Positions 1 to 9,953 of a DNA stretch of 64,000 bases are shown one piece after another; within the stretch, counting starts at the first letter, position 1, and each line of letters starts with the position of its first letter. Made by a program: the position numbers and the translations under genes. The DNA is from Promethearchaeia archaeon (GTDB lineage: Archaea; Asgardarchaeota; Lokiarchaeia; Sigyniarchaeales; SOKP01): contig JAHQWK010000016.1 in assembly GCA_029856145.1 (NCBI GenBank), positions 91,264 to 155,263 on the forward strand, in the 5' to 3' direction. The notes under the pieces are model-generated. The model did no database searches. It worked only from the letters and a program-made list of their open reading frames with translations, and was not told where the DNA came from.

Positions 1-2
1 AT

Positions 3-647
3 TTGCATTATTATGTTGGGATCTATCAAATCAAAATAAATCTGGATAGGTTTATAGCTACTGATAAAATAGATAATAAAGAAAAGATTTTAAACCAGTT
101 TTTCAATATAATTAAAGAGATACAAGATAAATATGAAAATTCAGTGGTACAGTTTATTAAAGATAAGTATATACTAAATCAGGACCACATTTTCACAGCA
201 TGCTATTATTTAGAGAAAGCATTTCTACAGAATAAAAACATTTCCAATAAAAAGAATATTGAACTTTTACTGTATCTAGCCACTAATCGGCAAATTAATA
301 AGAGTATTAAAGGCTTTGGGATTGATTATTCCGATTTAAATAAAGATAAACTAACTTATTGTATAATCTCACCGCAAAATAATTTAAATAATATTTATGT
401 TAATTTATCGAGTGTTTTATTGGCTGAAGAAGAGGAATTCACAATAAATGATCAATCAAATACTAAGATTAATTTAATACAAGAATATTTTGAAATTTCT
501 GATAATCAGCTTAATTCTGTTCTTAAATCTTATGGAATTATTACACATAATTCAGATCTTAGTTTAAGTTCAGTGGTTTCAGCATTATACGATTTAATTT
601 GTGAAAAAATGGCTCTATTATATGTAGAGAAAGCAAAAAATGTATAA
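3..647 (+). CDS. cgi121: KEOPS complex subunit Cgi121-like protein (5' end may lie outside the window)
   Basis: Motif IELLLYLATNRQINKSIKGFG matches the Cgi121 core E-LLY-x-RQI-x-AI-x-FG; Sua5 lies two genes away. Confidence 0.75.
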   Translation: MHYYVGIYQIKINLDRFIATDKIDNKEKILNQFFNIIKEIQDKYENSVVQFIKDKYILNQDHIFTACYYLEKAFLQNKNISNKKNIELLLYLATNRQINKSIKGFGIDYSDLNKDKLTYCIISPQNNLNNIYVNLSSVLLAEEEEFTINDQSNTKINLIQEYFEISDNQLNSVLKSYGIITHNSDLSLSSVVSALYDLICEKMALLYVEKAKNV

Positions 648-658
648 ACTCTAGTATC

Positions 659-1192
659 TTACATCTTAAATCTAATAATTTCATTTTTTTTCAAAAATGA
701 TACTCCACTTATATTTCCTAGTATTTCAATTCTAACAATTTTATCTGGATTTTCAAGATCGACTTTGTTATCTATAACATTTGCAATTGTTTCAATAAAA
801 TTATTTCTTTCGATTTTTTCGTGATGTCTACGCTTTAAAGTTATCTTAAAAGAATCTTTTTCATCAATAAACTCTTTATGGTTTTCTTGTATTATCTGTT
901 CTATTGTTTTAGTATCAGTTTCACAAATGAAATCTATAGGTATAATTTTTAATATAAATTGAAAAAAGTTAGGATTTCTTTCCTGGATTTTATTAATCTT
1001 AGAAATAACCTTTTTTGGGCTTAAATTAGTTAACGCCGTAATTAATCCTGGAAACTGAATTCCTGAAATGATGGGGTATGTGTCATCACACATTAGTAAT
1101 GTAAACCATAATTCTGATTTTGCGTTTGTTTCATTATATCGTGAAGTTGATACTAAAAGATTAAAATTCTTCGTATATATCACTCCTGCCAT
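659..1192 (-). CDS. THUMP domain RNA-binding protein (Tan1-like)
   Basis: C-terminal SFKITLKRR...KVDLENPDKIVRIEILG is typical of THUMP. Confidence 0.85.
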   Translation of the reverse strand: MAGVIYTKNFNLLVSTSRYNETNAKSELWFTLLMCDDTYPIISGIQFPGLITALTNLSPKKVISKINKIQERNPNFFQFILKIIPIDFICETDTKTIEQIIQENHKEFIDEKDSFKITLKRRHHEKIERNNFIETIANVIDNKVDLENPDKIVRIEILGNISGVSFLKKNEIIRFKM

Positions 1193-1872
1193 TTTGATAA
1201 AAACTCTAATATTTCTTCATCAGAAATTTTTCCAATTCGTAAAAATTTTACCTCTCCAAAGGTACAATCTACAATTGTGGTTGGTAGTTTGGTTTTTGAC
1301 TTACCACCATCAATGATTAAATCGATAGGACTTAGAATTTTTTTCGTTACTTCTTCTCCACTTAAAGAAGGGGGTTCTCCAGAATAATTAGCTGAAGTAC
1401 CAATAATCCCTCCAAAATAACCTCTTTCCTTTAAAAGTTTTAAAATGGTTAAAATTATTTCATTTTCAGGAATTCGTATCCCTATTGTATTTTGAAAAGC
1501 AGTGACTTCTGGCGGGATAATACACGGTTCTTTTCTTTTCAATATTAAAGTTAATTGACCTGGCCAATAGTGATCTGCCAATTTTCTAGCAGTGTCATTG
1601 AATTCTGCAATTTTATTAGCTTCTTCATAGTCCGAAACTAATAATAATAATCCTTTTGATCTGTCACGAAATTTAATGTCATATATTCTGTTTATAACTT
1701 CCAGATTTTGAGGATCCCCTCCAATTCCATAAACAGAATCTGTTGGGAAAGCAATAACTTTCCCTTCAATTATATTTTCAACTGCAATATCGAGATAAAA
1801 CTTAATGTCTTTTAGTTCCTTCCCAGCTAACTTAATTAAAAAACCCATTTGAATACCATTCCAATTTAACAC
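1180..1872 (-). CDS. sua5: L-threonylcarbamoyladenylate synthase (Sua5/TsaC, YrdC domain only)
   Basis: FPTDSVYGIG, IKFR, WPGQLTLIL, TSANYSG, PTTIVD motifs. Confidence 0.92.
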   Translation of the reverse strand: MLNWNGIQMGFLIKLAGKELKDIKFYLDIAVENIIEGKVIAFPTDSVYGIGGDPQNLEVINRIYDIKFRDRSKGLLLLVSDYEEANKIAEFNDTARKLADHYWPGQLTLILKRKEPCIIPPEVTAFQNTIGIRIPENEIILTILKLLKERGYFGGIIGTSANYSGEPPSLSGEEVTKKILSPIDLIIDGGKSKTKLPTTIVDCTFGEVKFLRIGKISDEEILEFLSKWQE

Positions 1873-1908
1873 TAATAATAAAAAATAGAATATGCAAAAA
1901 TATAAAGA

Positions 1909-2850
1909 TTATTTTGGATACTGTTCTTGGCAACTTAAATCAGCTTCTAGACGTTTCCAAGTATGATCTAAATAATCTTGGAGTTCAATTAAATCCTTTT
2001 CTGAAATATTAGCAAATCTTTTTTGTCTAGAAAGATAATCCATCAGAGAAGCTCTCTTTGAAGGATCCAATAGCGGTTTGCTTGCTTTTGATAATGTCAT
2101 GATTCCTTTTTCTACTTCATATAGAATCCATGAACCAGTTTTTACAGCTAATCGGGAGATTTCTATGGTATCTTCTGAATTAAATCCCCATCCTGTACAA
2201 CAAGGAGCCATAATATGGATATATCTACAACCTTTAATCGATTTGGCTTTTATAAATTTATCATATAAATCAAGTGGTTCACTGATAGAACAAGTAGCTA
2301 CATAAGGTATATCATGAGCCGCCATAATTGCGGGAAGATTCTTTTTAAAACGATCTTTTCCCTTTGTAGTTGTGCTTGTCCATGCTCCATGTGGCGTACT
2401 TGAAGATCTTTGAATACCTGTATTCATATATGCTTCATTGTCGTAACATACATAAATTTGATCAGAATTTCTTTCTGCTGCTCCACTTAAACCTTGAATT
2501 CCTATGTCTGCAGTACCACCATCTCCAGCAAATGTAATCGTAGTCATCTCGTCCCAACCCTTACCAGGAAATCTATATGCTTTCGCTTTGAAAGCAGCAG
2601 ACATACCCGTCGCACCTGCTGCACCTGCTGCAAAAGCCATATTTGTGAATGGAAAATTTGGTGCTGTTTTAGGCCATAATCCTACTACAACATTTAGACA
2701 GGAAGCGGGCGTTACAAGAGCTGTGTTAGGTCCTAACGCCTTTATTGCCCATCTAATGGCAATTTCTAGCCCACACCCCGCACAACAAGAATTTCCCGGA
2801 AGGAAATATTCTTCTTGACATGATTCTAAAGCTTCTTTTAATTTTACCAT
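1909..2850 (-). CDS. porB: Pyruvate/2-oxoacid:ferredoxin oxidoreductase beta subunit
   Basis: CAGCG, TPP-binding GDGGTADIG...YDNEAYMNTGIQRS, PCCTGWG. Confidence 0.92.
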   Translation of the reverse strand: MVKLKEALESCQEEYFLPGNSCCAGCGLEIAIRWAIKALGPNTALVTPASCLNVVVGLWPKTAPNFPFTNMAFAAGAAGATGMSAAFKAKAYRFPGKGWDEMTTITFAGDGGTADIGIQGLSGAAERNSDQIYVCYDNEAYMNTGIQRSSSTPHGAWTSTTTKGKDRFKKNLPAIMAAHDIPYVATCSISEPLDLYDKFIKAKSIKGCRYIHIMAPCCTGWGFNSEDTIEISRLAVKTGSWILYEVEKGIMTLSKASKPLLDPSKRASLMDYLSRQKRFANISEKDLIELQDYLDHTWKRLEADLSCQEQYPK

Positions 2851-2854
2851 TATT

Positions 2855-4111
2855 TTATTCTACCTCCAATAATCCATCCCAGAGAGTTCCATGAATCATA
2901 TCTTTTGGAAGTTCTCCAGTTTCGTTATATCTAACTAACTTTAATAATTGATCTTTTTGTTGTTCAAGTGTAACTTCTCTTCCTCCCAATCCATTAATTA
3001 TTGGTAAAACTGTTGCAGTTCCTTTTGTTTCATGTAGAGCTGCTTTAACTTCACAACTCACAGGTCCTCCAGTTTGAGAACCAAAGGCTGTAGCTCTATC
3101 TATAACTCCAAGTAATTTCACCTTTTTAGCAACTTCAATAATATCTTCTGTTGGAAATGGTCTAAAATGGCGAAGCTTTACCATCCCAACTTTATACCCT
3201 TCATCTCTTAAATCTTCTACTGCTTGTTCCATTTGTAAAGCTAAATCTCCATAAATAATTACTCCCACATCTGCATCATCGATTTTGTACTCTTGAATTA
3301 ATCCATTACCATAATTTCTACCAAAGGTTTGCTCAAATTCCTTAGCAACCTTTTTAATTTTCTCTTTCGCTCTTATATTTGCATCATGAATTTTCAATCT
3401 AAATTCATAATAAAAACTAGAAGGCATAATAAGATTACCAAACATCATCGGTCTTTTTGGATCCATCCAGATATGTGGCCAACCTTCCTCACTTGGTAAA
3501 GGCGGTAAAAATTTATCTACAAGATCTTGATCTTCTAGAACAACCGGTTTCGAAGTATGTGAAAGAATAAATCCCCCATAAGATACAAACTTAGGCAAAA
3601 GAATATCGTGATCTTCACAAACCTTATAAGACATAAGAATTTCATCATATATTTCTTGATGCTCTGATGAAAAGCAACTCAACCATCCTGTATCCCGCTG
3701 ACTTATCACATCAGTAAAATCAGCCCAAATATTCCATGGTGGTGCAGGTCCTCGTGAAGCAATCGCAACAACTATGGGAAGTCTAGCACCTGCAGCCCAA
3801 TGAATCATTTCATGAGCATAAAATATTCCTTGACCTGATGTAGCTGTAAATGTTCTAGTACCTGCTTTACTTGCTCCAACAACCGCCGCAAAAACACTAT
3901 GTTCTGACTCCATTTTTATATATTCAGTCCCTGGCATTAGTCCATTATCCACAAATTCAGACAATTTTTCAACCACAGTAGTTTGTGGAGTAATTGGATA
4001 CGCACTAATAACTTGAACTCGTGCTGATTTTGCTGCATAAGCTGCAGCTACATTACCTTTTATAATAATAGATTCTCTCTTTTGGATAAAATCTTCCTGG
4101 GTTTCAACCAT
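2855..4111 (-). CDS. porA: Pyruvate/2-oxoacid:ferredoxin oxidoreductase alpha subunit
   Basis: AYPITPQT, MESEHS, FTATSGQG, FRPFP, GLGGR motifs. Confidence 0.92.
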   Translation of the reverse strand: MVETQEDFIQKRESIIIKGNVAAAYAAKSARVQVISAYPITPQTTVVEKLSEFVDNGLMPGTEYIKMESEHSVFAAVVGASKAGTRTFTATSGQGIFYAHEMIHWAAGARLPIVVAIASRGPAPPWNIWADFTDVISQRDTGWLSCFSSEHQEIYDEILMSYKVCEDHDILLPKFVSYGGFILSHTSKPVVLEDQDLVDKFLPPLPSEEGWPHIWMDPKRPMMFGNLIMPSSFYYEFRLKIHDANIRAKEKIKKVAKEFEQTFGRNYGNGLIQEYKIDDADVGVIIYGDLALQMEQAVEDLRDEGYKVGMVKLRHFRPFPTEDIIEVAKKVKLLGVIDRATAFGSQTGGPVSCEVKAALHETKGTATVLPIINGLGGREVTLEQQKDQLLKLVRYNETGELPKDMIHGTLWDGLLEVE

Positions 4112-4451
4112 CTTTTATGTCACTCTCTCTTACCATTTCTATATTATTTGTTGGACATTCTTTAGCACATATCCCACAACCTTTACAATATATCAAGTTA
4201 ATTTCGAATGAACCATCTTCTTTTCTTTTGATTACACCCTCTGGACAATACATCCAGCATATTCCGCATTTATTACATCCTTCTTTAATGACGGGTCTAA
4301 AAGTTCTCCAATCACCCGTTGTTCCTATATTTCCATCAATTGGTAATGAAATTGGAATTGGGGATAATTCTTTCCAATTTTTATATTCTTGAACCTTAGG
4401 ACGTTCTTTTACTGATTTATTAATTTTTTTCCATTTTTCTGATTCTGACAT
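4104..4451 (-). CDS. porD: 2-oxoacid:ferredoxin oxidoreductase delta subunit (2x[4Fe-4S])
   Basis: TGDWRTFRP followed by two CxxCxxCxxxCP motifs. Confidence 0.92.
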   Translation of the reverse strand: MSESEKWKKINKSVKERPKVQEYKNWKELSPIPISLPIDGNIGTTGDWRTFRPVIKEGCNKCGICWMYCPEGVIKRKEDGSFEINLIYCKGCGICAKECPTNNIEMVRESDIKDG

Positions 4452-4453
4452 GA

Positions 4454-5041
4454 CTACATCTCTCTTACTGATTCATAAGCGTCTTTTGCAACGCTCATAT
4501 TTTTTTCTAATCTACTTTCACCAAATTGCTTTTTAATTACTTTTTCCATTGTTTCAAGATTATAATACCCAGTAATCTTTCCAAAAGCCCCTAACATAGG
4601 AATATTTAGAATTGGACCACTAGCATGCATAAAATTTTTCTTAATGCAAATTCCTGTTGCATCAATAAGAAAGATCTTTATGTTATTAGGGAAATCGCTT
4701 GTATATATAGGATCTGGGCTATTAACTATCAGCGTTACTCCTTCCTTTATTGAGTTTTTTATCCTTGGAATGTCTAATAATGAAGTATCAAATATAAATA
4801 TATAATCTGGATTCACTACACTGTCATATGTTTTAATTTGCCTACTTTTAGAAACTTTTGTAAATGCCTGTATTGGAGCACCCCTACGTTCAGCACCTAT
4901 AATTGGAATTGCGATTGTGTCCTTGAAATCTTCCTCAAATGCCATTTCAGCTAACAATTGACTTGCAGTGATACATGTTTGACCACCTCTACAATGCATT
5001 GATATTTCTACAACCTTTTCATTATCTGACAATTTATTCAA
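4454..5041 (-). CDS. porG: 2-oxoacid:ferredoxin oxidoreductase gamma subunit
   Basis: RGGQ, GAERRGAP, NIPMLGA; first gene of a gamma-delta-alpha-beta operon. Confidence 0.88.
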   Translation of the reverse strand: MNKLSDNEKVVEISMHCRGGQTCITASQLLAEMAFEEDFKDTIAIPIIGAERRGAPIQAFTKVSKSRQIKTYDSVVNPDYIFIFDTSLLDIPRIKNSIKEGVTLIVNSPDPIYTSDFPNNIKIFLIDATGICIKKNFMHASGPILNIPMLGAFGKITGYYNLETMEKVIKKQFGESRLEKNMSVAKDAYESVREM

Positions 5042-5273
5042 CTAATTTTTCTTAATTCTATTGAATGCAATATGACCAATAAAGGCACAATGAATAAAAG
5101 TTCTATTAATTTTACTTATATATCAACAATATGAAACAATAATATAGAATTTTTAATAATAATTGTTATAATAATTAACCTAATTTCAAAACGGTATCGT
5201 ATTAAATCAAATTTAAGAAATAATGAATTCTAATCGTTTAGACTTAACTTAATTTAAACTAGGAAAAAATTAT

Positions 5274-5843
5274 ATGCCTAATAAGAAAAGAAATAATGAA
5301 TTAGTTTATTCCTTTAAATGTCCTTCATGTCAAGAAGGAATGATCCACATTGTTAAGAGTATATATGATCTTCCTGATGGAGACAAAATGCTCATATTAA
5401 AATTTGAATGTAATACATGCAATTTTCATAAAAATGATGTAATTCCTTTAACTACAAATATGGAACCGGGAATTATGACTTTACATATAGTAGACGACGA
5501 TGACCTTAAATCTAAAATTTACCGTTCACCAGTGGGTAAATTAGAAATTCCAGAATTAGAATTAATAGTAGAACCAGGTCCGAGAGCAGATTTCTATTAT
5601 ACAAACGTACAAGGTATATTATTCAGATTTGAAAATGCTGTTTCAATTTATAGCAAAAATCTTGAAGAAGATGATCCAGAAAAAAGCGAAATAGACGAGC
5701 TTATGTTTAATTTAAAGCAAGCAATCGATGGGAAATTTAAGTTTACCTTAAAAATAACCGACCACGAAGGAGGAAGTTATATTATTCCCCAAGATGAATC
5801 AAAATACACATTTGAAAAAATTAAGAAAAAAGAATTAGAATAA
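5274..5843 (+). CDS. ZPR1 zinc-finger domain protein
   Basis: CPSC...CNTC, IPELELIVEPG, TNVQGIL, FTLKITDHEGGSYI (ZPR1 A/B domain). Confidence 0.88.
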   Translation: MPNKKRNNELVYSFKCPSCQEGMIHIVKSIYDLPDGDKMLILKFECNTCNFHKNDVIPLTTNMEPGIMTLHIVDDDDLKSKIYRSPVGKLEIPELELIVEPGPRADFYYTNVQGILFRFENAVSIYSKNLEEDDPEKSEIDELMFNLKQAIDGKFKFTLKITDHEGGSYIIPQDESKYTFEKIKKKELE

Positions 5844-5923
5844 ATATAAAATATTATCTCATCATAATTCTTTATTATAAACTATTTAGTTATAATCTAA
5901 TTAAATTTATCATGTGAAGAGAT

Positions 5924-7078
5924 ATGGGAAGTCAAATAAAAAAAGTGGGAATCTTAACGGGAGGAGGAGATTGTCCTGGATTAAATTCTGTCCTCTATGG
6001 AATTATGCTTAAAGCTTATGATGCCGGTATAGAATGTATTGGAATCCTCAAAGGCTGGAAAGGATTTTTGGAAAATCAAACAATTCCCCTTTATATTGCA
6101 GAACACGATGACTTACATACTGTTGGTGGAACTATTCTATATACAAGTAGAACTAACCCATTTAAAAGTGTAAGTTCAAAAGAAGAAAAGGCAAAGGAAT
6201 TAACCAAAAAATTTGAAGAATTGGGAATCGATGCTTTAATTGCTATTGGGGGAGATGATACCTTAGGAGTAGCGGATAATATGTATAAATTAGCTGATGC
6301 TAAAGTTGTAGGCTGCCCTAAAACGATAGATAATGATTTAGCAGGAACACATTATACGTTTGGATTCTGGAGTGCCGTACAATTAGCCTCTAACGCAATG
6401 GATAATCTTACAACTACAGCTCGTTCACATCAGAGAGTATTTGTTGTCGAAGTTATGGGGAGAGATGCTGGTTTTTTAACAATGTATAGTGGAATTTCTG
6501 CTGGAGCCGATATAATATTAATTCCTGAGACTCCGTTTGATTTAGAAAAGGACATCATTGATATCTTGAAAAAAAGAGCTAATGCGGGCTATAAATATCA
6601 TATAATTGCTACATCAGAAGGAGCTTACCCAAATTCAGAATCTTTAAACCGAGATTTTAAAACCATATCGAAAGAAACAATTGATAAATTACCTAAAGAT
6701 TCATACGGTAACCCATTACTCGTAAAATTGAATATCTCTCAAATTATTGTGGATGAACTAAACTTAAGGGAAGATCTAAAACAGGAATTTCAGAAAAACG
6801 AAGTAGATTTTGAATGTAGAAGTGTTGTTCTTGGCCATACTATGCGAGCTGGAACACCCAATTCATTTGATAGAATATTGGGATTAAGGTTTGGATTAGC
6901 AGCAATGAAACTTGTCATAGAAGGCAAATTTGGAAATATGGTATCACTCCAAGGGAATAAAATAAAAACAGTCCCATTATCCGAAGGTGTCAGAAAGAAA
7001 TACATTACACTTGAAAACGATAAAATGGAATTACGAGACCTATTAGTGAAAATTAGATATTTATCGAAACAAAATTAA
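5924..7078 (+). CDS. pfp: 6-phosphofructokinase (PfkA family), probably pyrophosphate-dependent
   Basis: TGGGDCPGLN, GGDDT, PKTIDND, EVMGR, LGHTMR; the GGDD and PKT residues are the PPi-type signature. Confidence 0.85.
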   Translation: MGSQIKKVGILTGGGDCPGLNSVLYGIMLKAYDAGIECIGILKGWKGFLENQTIPLYIAEHDDLHTVGGTILYTSRTNPFKSVSSKEEKAKELTKKFEELGIDALIAIGGDDTLGVADNMYKLADAKVVGCPKTIDNDLAGTHYTFGFWSAVQLASNAMDNLTTTARSHQRVFVVEVMGRDAGFLTMYSGISAGADIILIPETPFDLEKDIIDILKKRANAGYKYHIIATSEGAYPNSESLNRDFKTISKETIDKLPKDSYGNPLLVKLNISQIIVDELNLREDLKQEFQKNEVDFECRSVVLGHTMRAGTPNSFDRILGLRFGLAAMKLVIEGKFGNMVSLQGNKIKTVPLSEGVRKKYITLENDKMELRDLLVKIRYLSKQN

Positions 7079-7127
7079 TTTCAACGTTTTTATTTAATTT
7101 TATTGTATTTAAAAAAAGAAATATAAA

Positions 7128-8366
7128 TTAACCATAGTGTTTTTCAATTTCAGTATCAGCGTCAATCGCATCTTGCTCTACATCACGACCAATCCACTTT
7201 TCGCTCATGATCTCCTTGTAATATTCATGTTGTATAATTAAATTCATTATTTCTGTTGTTCCGGTCCAAATCTCTCCTATACGAGCGTCTCTCAAAAGGC
7301 GTTCTATTGGATATACGGTTGTATACCCGATACCACCCATTATCTGCATTGATTTGTTAATAACTTTCCAGCATGCTTTAGTTGAAAATTTTTTGGATTC
7401 AGAAACTAATCTTCTTTGAAGAGCGGGTGGCGCTCCTGCATCTATAGATTTCGCAGTATTAAACACAATTGCTCTTGTTGCATCTAAATAAGTAATGCAA
7501 TCCGCTATCATGAAGTTAACAGCCTGAAAATTCTTTATAATCTGTCCAAATGCTTTTCTTTTGGTGCTATATTTGGTTGCTATTTGAAGACAAGCACGTG
7601 CCAATCCGAGAAACCCAGAAGCTGTAGTTAATCGTTCTGGAACCATCATATGGTAAAATATTTTACCCCCATCTCCTTCTCCCAGAATTAAATTCTCCTT
7701 AGGAACTTCTACGTCTTTAAAAACTATCCTACCTGCTCCACCGCCTCTAGTACCTAACAAACCGTAAATATATGCTGCGTCTACTGCATCGCTTTTATCA
7801 ACAATAAATAAGCTTAAAGAATCGCGAGGAGGGGCTTTAGGATTTGTTTTAGCGTAAACCAAAAAGAAATCTGCACCCTCTGCACCTACTACAAAACGTT
7901 TTTCTCCATTCAAGATATAATGATCACCTTCCTTAACCGCAGTAGATGTAGCTCCAAAGAAATCAGAACCCCCTCTTGGTTCAGTTAAGGCTTCAGCAGT
8001 AAATTTTTGTCCTTCACACATAGGTTTAAGATATTTTTGCTTTTGCTCTTCAGTACCGAACATATTTAAAGCTTCCCCACAAATACTCGGTAAGGAAAAT
8101 AAACACGCAAGTGAGCTTCCCAACACACCTATTTCTTCTTGAGCAATGATTTCACTTTCCCAATTTAGCCCTCTTCCACCATATTCCTGGGGGAATCGTA
8201 TTCCTATTAAATTTTGCTTTGCTAATGCATGTAACCATTCGCTCGGATATTGTATCTCATCTTTATCCATTTTTTTTAATAATGAGGGAGGAACAGCTTC
8301 TTTTACGAATTGCTGAACTTCTTCTCTAAACTTTTTATTTGCTTCACTTAGTAAATAATCGTACAT
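7128..8366 (-). CDS. Acyl-CoA dehydrogenase
   Basis: ALTEPRGGSD, LNGEKRFV, RKAFGQ, QIMGGIGY, IERLLRDARIGEIWTGTTEI. Confidence 0.93.
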   Translation of the reverse strand: MYDYLLSEANKKFREEVQQFVKEAVPPSLLKKMDKDEIQYPSEWLHALAKQNLIGIRFPQEYGGRGLNWESEIIAQEEIGVLGSSLACLFSLPSICGEALNMFGTEEQKQKYLKPMCEGQKFTAEALTEPRGGSDFFGATSTAVKEGDHYILNGEKRFVVGAEGADFFLVYAKTNPKAPPRDSLSLFIVDKSDAVDAAYIYGLLGTRGGGAGRIVFKDVEVPKENLILGEGDGGKIFYHMMVPERLTTASGFLGLARACLQIATKYSTKRKAFGQIIKNFQAVNFMIADCITYLDATRAIVFNTAKSIDAGAPPALQRRLVSESKKFSTKACWKVINKSMQIMGGIGYTTVYPIERLLRDARIGEIWTGTTEIMNLIIQHEYYKEIMSEKWIGRDVEQDAIDADTEIEKHYG

Positions 8367-8585
8367 TTTTTATTCTACCAAAATCATTAATATTGCCATT
8401 AAATAATGATAGGTTCAATAAAAATAATGTTCAGATCCAAATTTATTGGTTTATAATAAATACCCATATTCGAAGTTCCATTGTAGTTCAACTTTTAAAA
8501 CTATAAAAAACTAAAATTGCTTTTTTAACATACGATACAACAATTTTAATGTTCAATTTCAAAAATTTATAAACTAAAAATCAAT

Positions 8586-9854
8586 ATGTTTACGAAAATT
8601 AAAAAAGGTTATAATGAATACCCCAATGCGTTTAAAGTGCTGACTTTAGCCACTTTCATTGATATGCTAGGAACCTTCTTATTGTTTCCTTTTTTTTCAC
8701 GATATATAATTAACCATTTTGGAGTTGGGATGATTGAAGTAGGGTATTTATTTTCAATCTTCGCGGTAGGTAATATATTTGGTAGTACTATCGGTGGGGC
8801 TTTAGCTGATAAGTATGGACGCCGTAGGATGATTCTGATTGGTTTAATTGTAAGCGGGATAAGTAGCATTTTAATGGGTTTAGTTAACGATTTAAATGTT
8901 TTTTATCTCCTTGCGGGATTTTTAGGTTTGATAGGCAATTTTGGAGGCCCTGCAAGACAAGCAATGGTAGCGGATTTGCTTCCACAAGAAAAACAAGCAG
9001 AAGGATTTGGAATTCTACGAGTGTCATTTAATCTTTCAGCAGTAATAGGTCCTATACTTGGAGGATTTTTAGCTAGCCAATCCTATATGTTTTTGTTTAT
9101 TATGGATGCTGTGAGTAGCATTATTACTGCTATTATAGTATATAGTGTCATTCCAGAGACTAAACCACAAGTACTAAAGGATAAACCAGAAGAATCAGTA
9201 ATGAAAACTATGATAGGATACAAAGAGGTGCTAAAAGACTGGAAATTTATGTTATTTTTAGCTGTGTCTGCTATAACAGTTTTAGTGTATATGCAAATGA
9301 ATAGTACACTTTCTGTGTTTTTATGGAAAGTTTATATGTTCCCTGATGCAAGTTTTGGCTTGTTATTAAGTATGAACGCAATAATAGTGGTAATTTTTCA
9401 ATTCTGGATTACTAGGAAGGTTTCAAAATATGCTCCGATGAAAATAATGGCATTTGGAACTATTTTCCTTATGATTGGTTTTAGCATGTATGGTTTTATT
9501 TCTGAACCATACTTATTTTTTGTTGCTATGGCAATTATTACAATAGGTGAAATGATTGTATATCCTACTGGACAAAGTGCAGCTGCAACTTTTGCTCCTG
9601 GAGATAAACGGGGGCGTTATATGGCTGTGCTTGGTTTTCAATGGGCGATCCCGAATCTATTTGGAGCTTTAGGTGCCGGATTAATTATGCGATATATAGG
9701 ACCCAATTGGGTATGGTATATAGCGGGGATTCTATCTCTTAGTGCGATAATAGGTTATTGGTTACTACATGGGATCACTAAGGAACTTTTTTCAAAAGAA
9801 AAAGAACAAATAAAAGAACCATTAATTGAATATACTGTTTCTTCAATAGAATAA
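8586..9854 (+). CDS. MFS transporter (DHA1/MdtH-like)
   Basis: About 12 hydrophobic segments; motif A GGALADKYGRR. Confidence 0.9.
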   Translation: MFTKIKKGYNEYPNAFKVLTLATFIDMLGTFLLFPFFSRYIINHFGVGMIEVGYLFSIFAVGNIFGSTIGGALADKYGRRRMILIGLIVSGISSILMGLVNDLNVFYLLAGFLGLIGNFGGPARQAMVADLLPQEKQAEGFGILRVSFNLSAVIGPILGGFLASQSYMFLFIMDAVSSIITAIIVYSVIPETKPQVLKDKPEESVMKTMIGYKEVLKDWKFMLFLAVSAITVLVYMQMNSTLSVFLWKVYMFPDASFGLLLSMNAIIVVIFQFWITRKVSKYAPMKIMAFGTIFLMIGFSMYGFISEPYLFFVAMAIITIGEMIVYPTGQSAAATFAPGDKRGRYMAVLGFQWAIPNLFGALGAGLIMRYIGPNWVWYIAGILSLSAIIGYWLLHGITKELFSKEKEQIKEPLIEYTVSSIE

Positions 9855-9953
9855 GGGATTTCAATATTTTTTCTTAAAATTAAGTATTCAATACAAGATC
9901 AATAATTCAATATTAATGATCGTGAAACACCTCTTTCACGAAGATTATTCATT

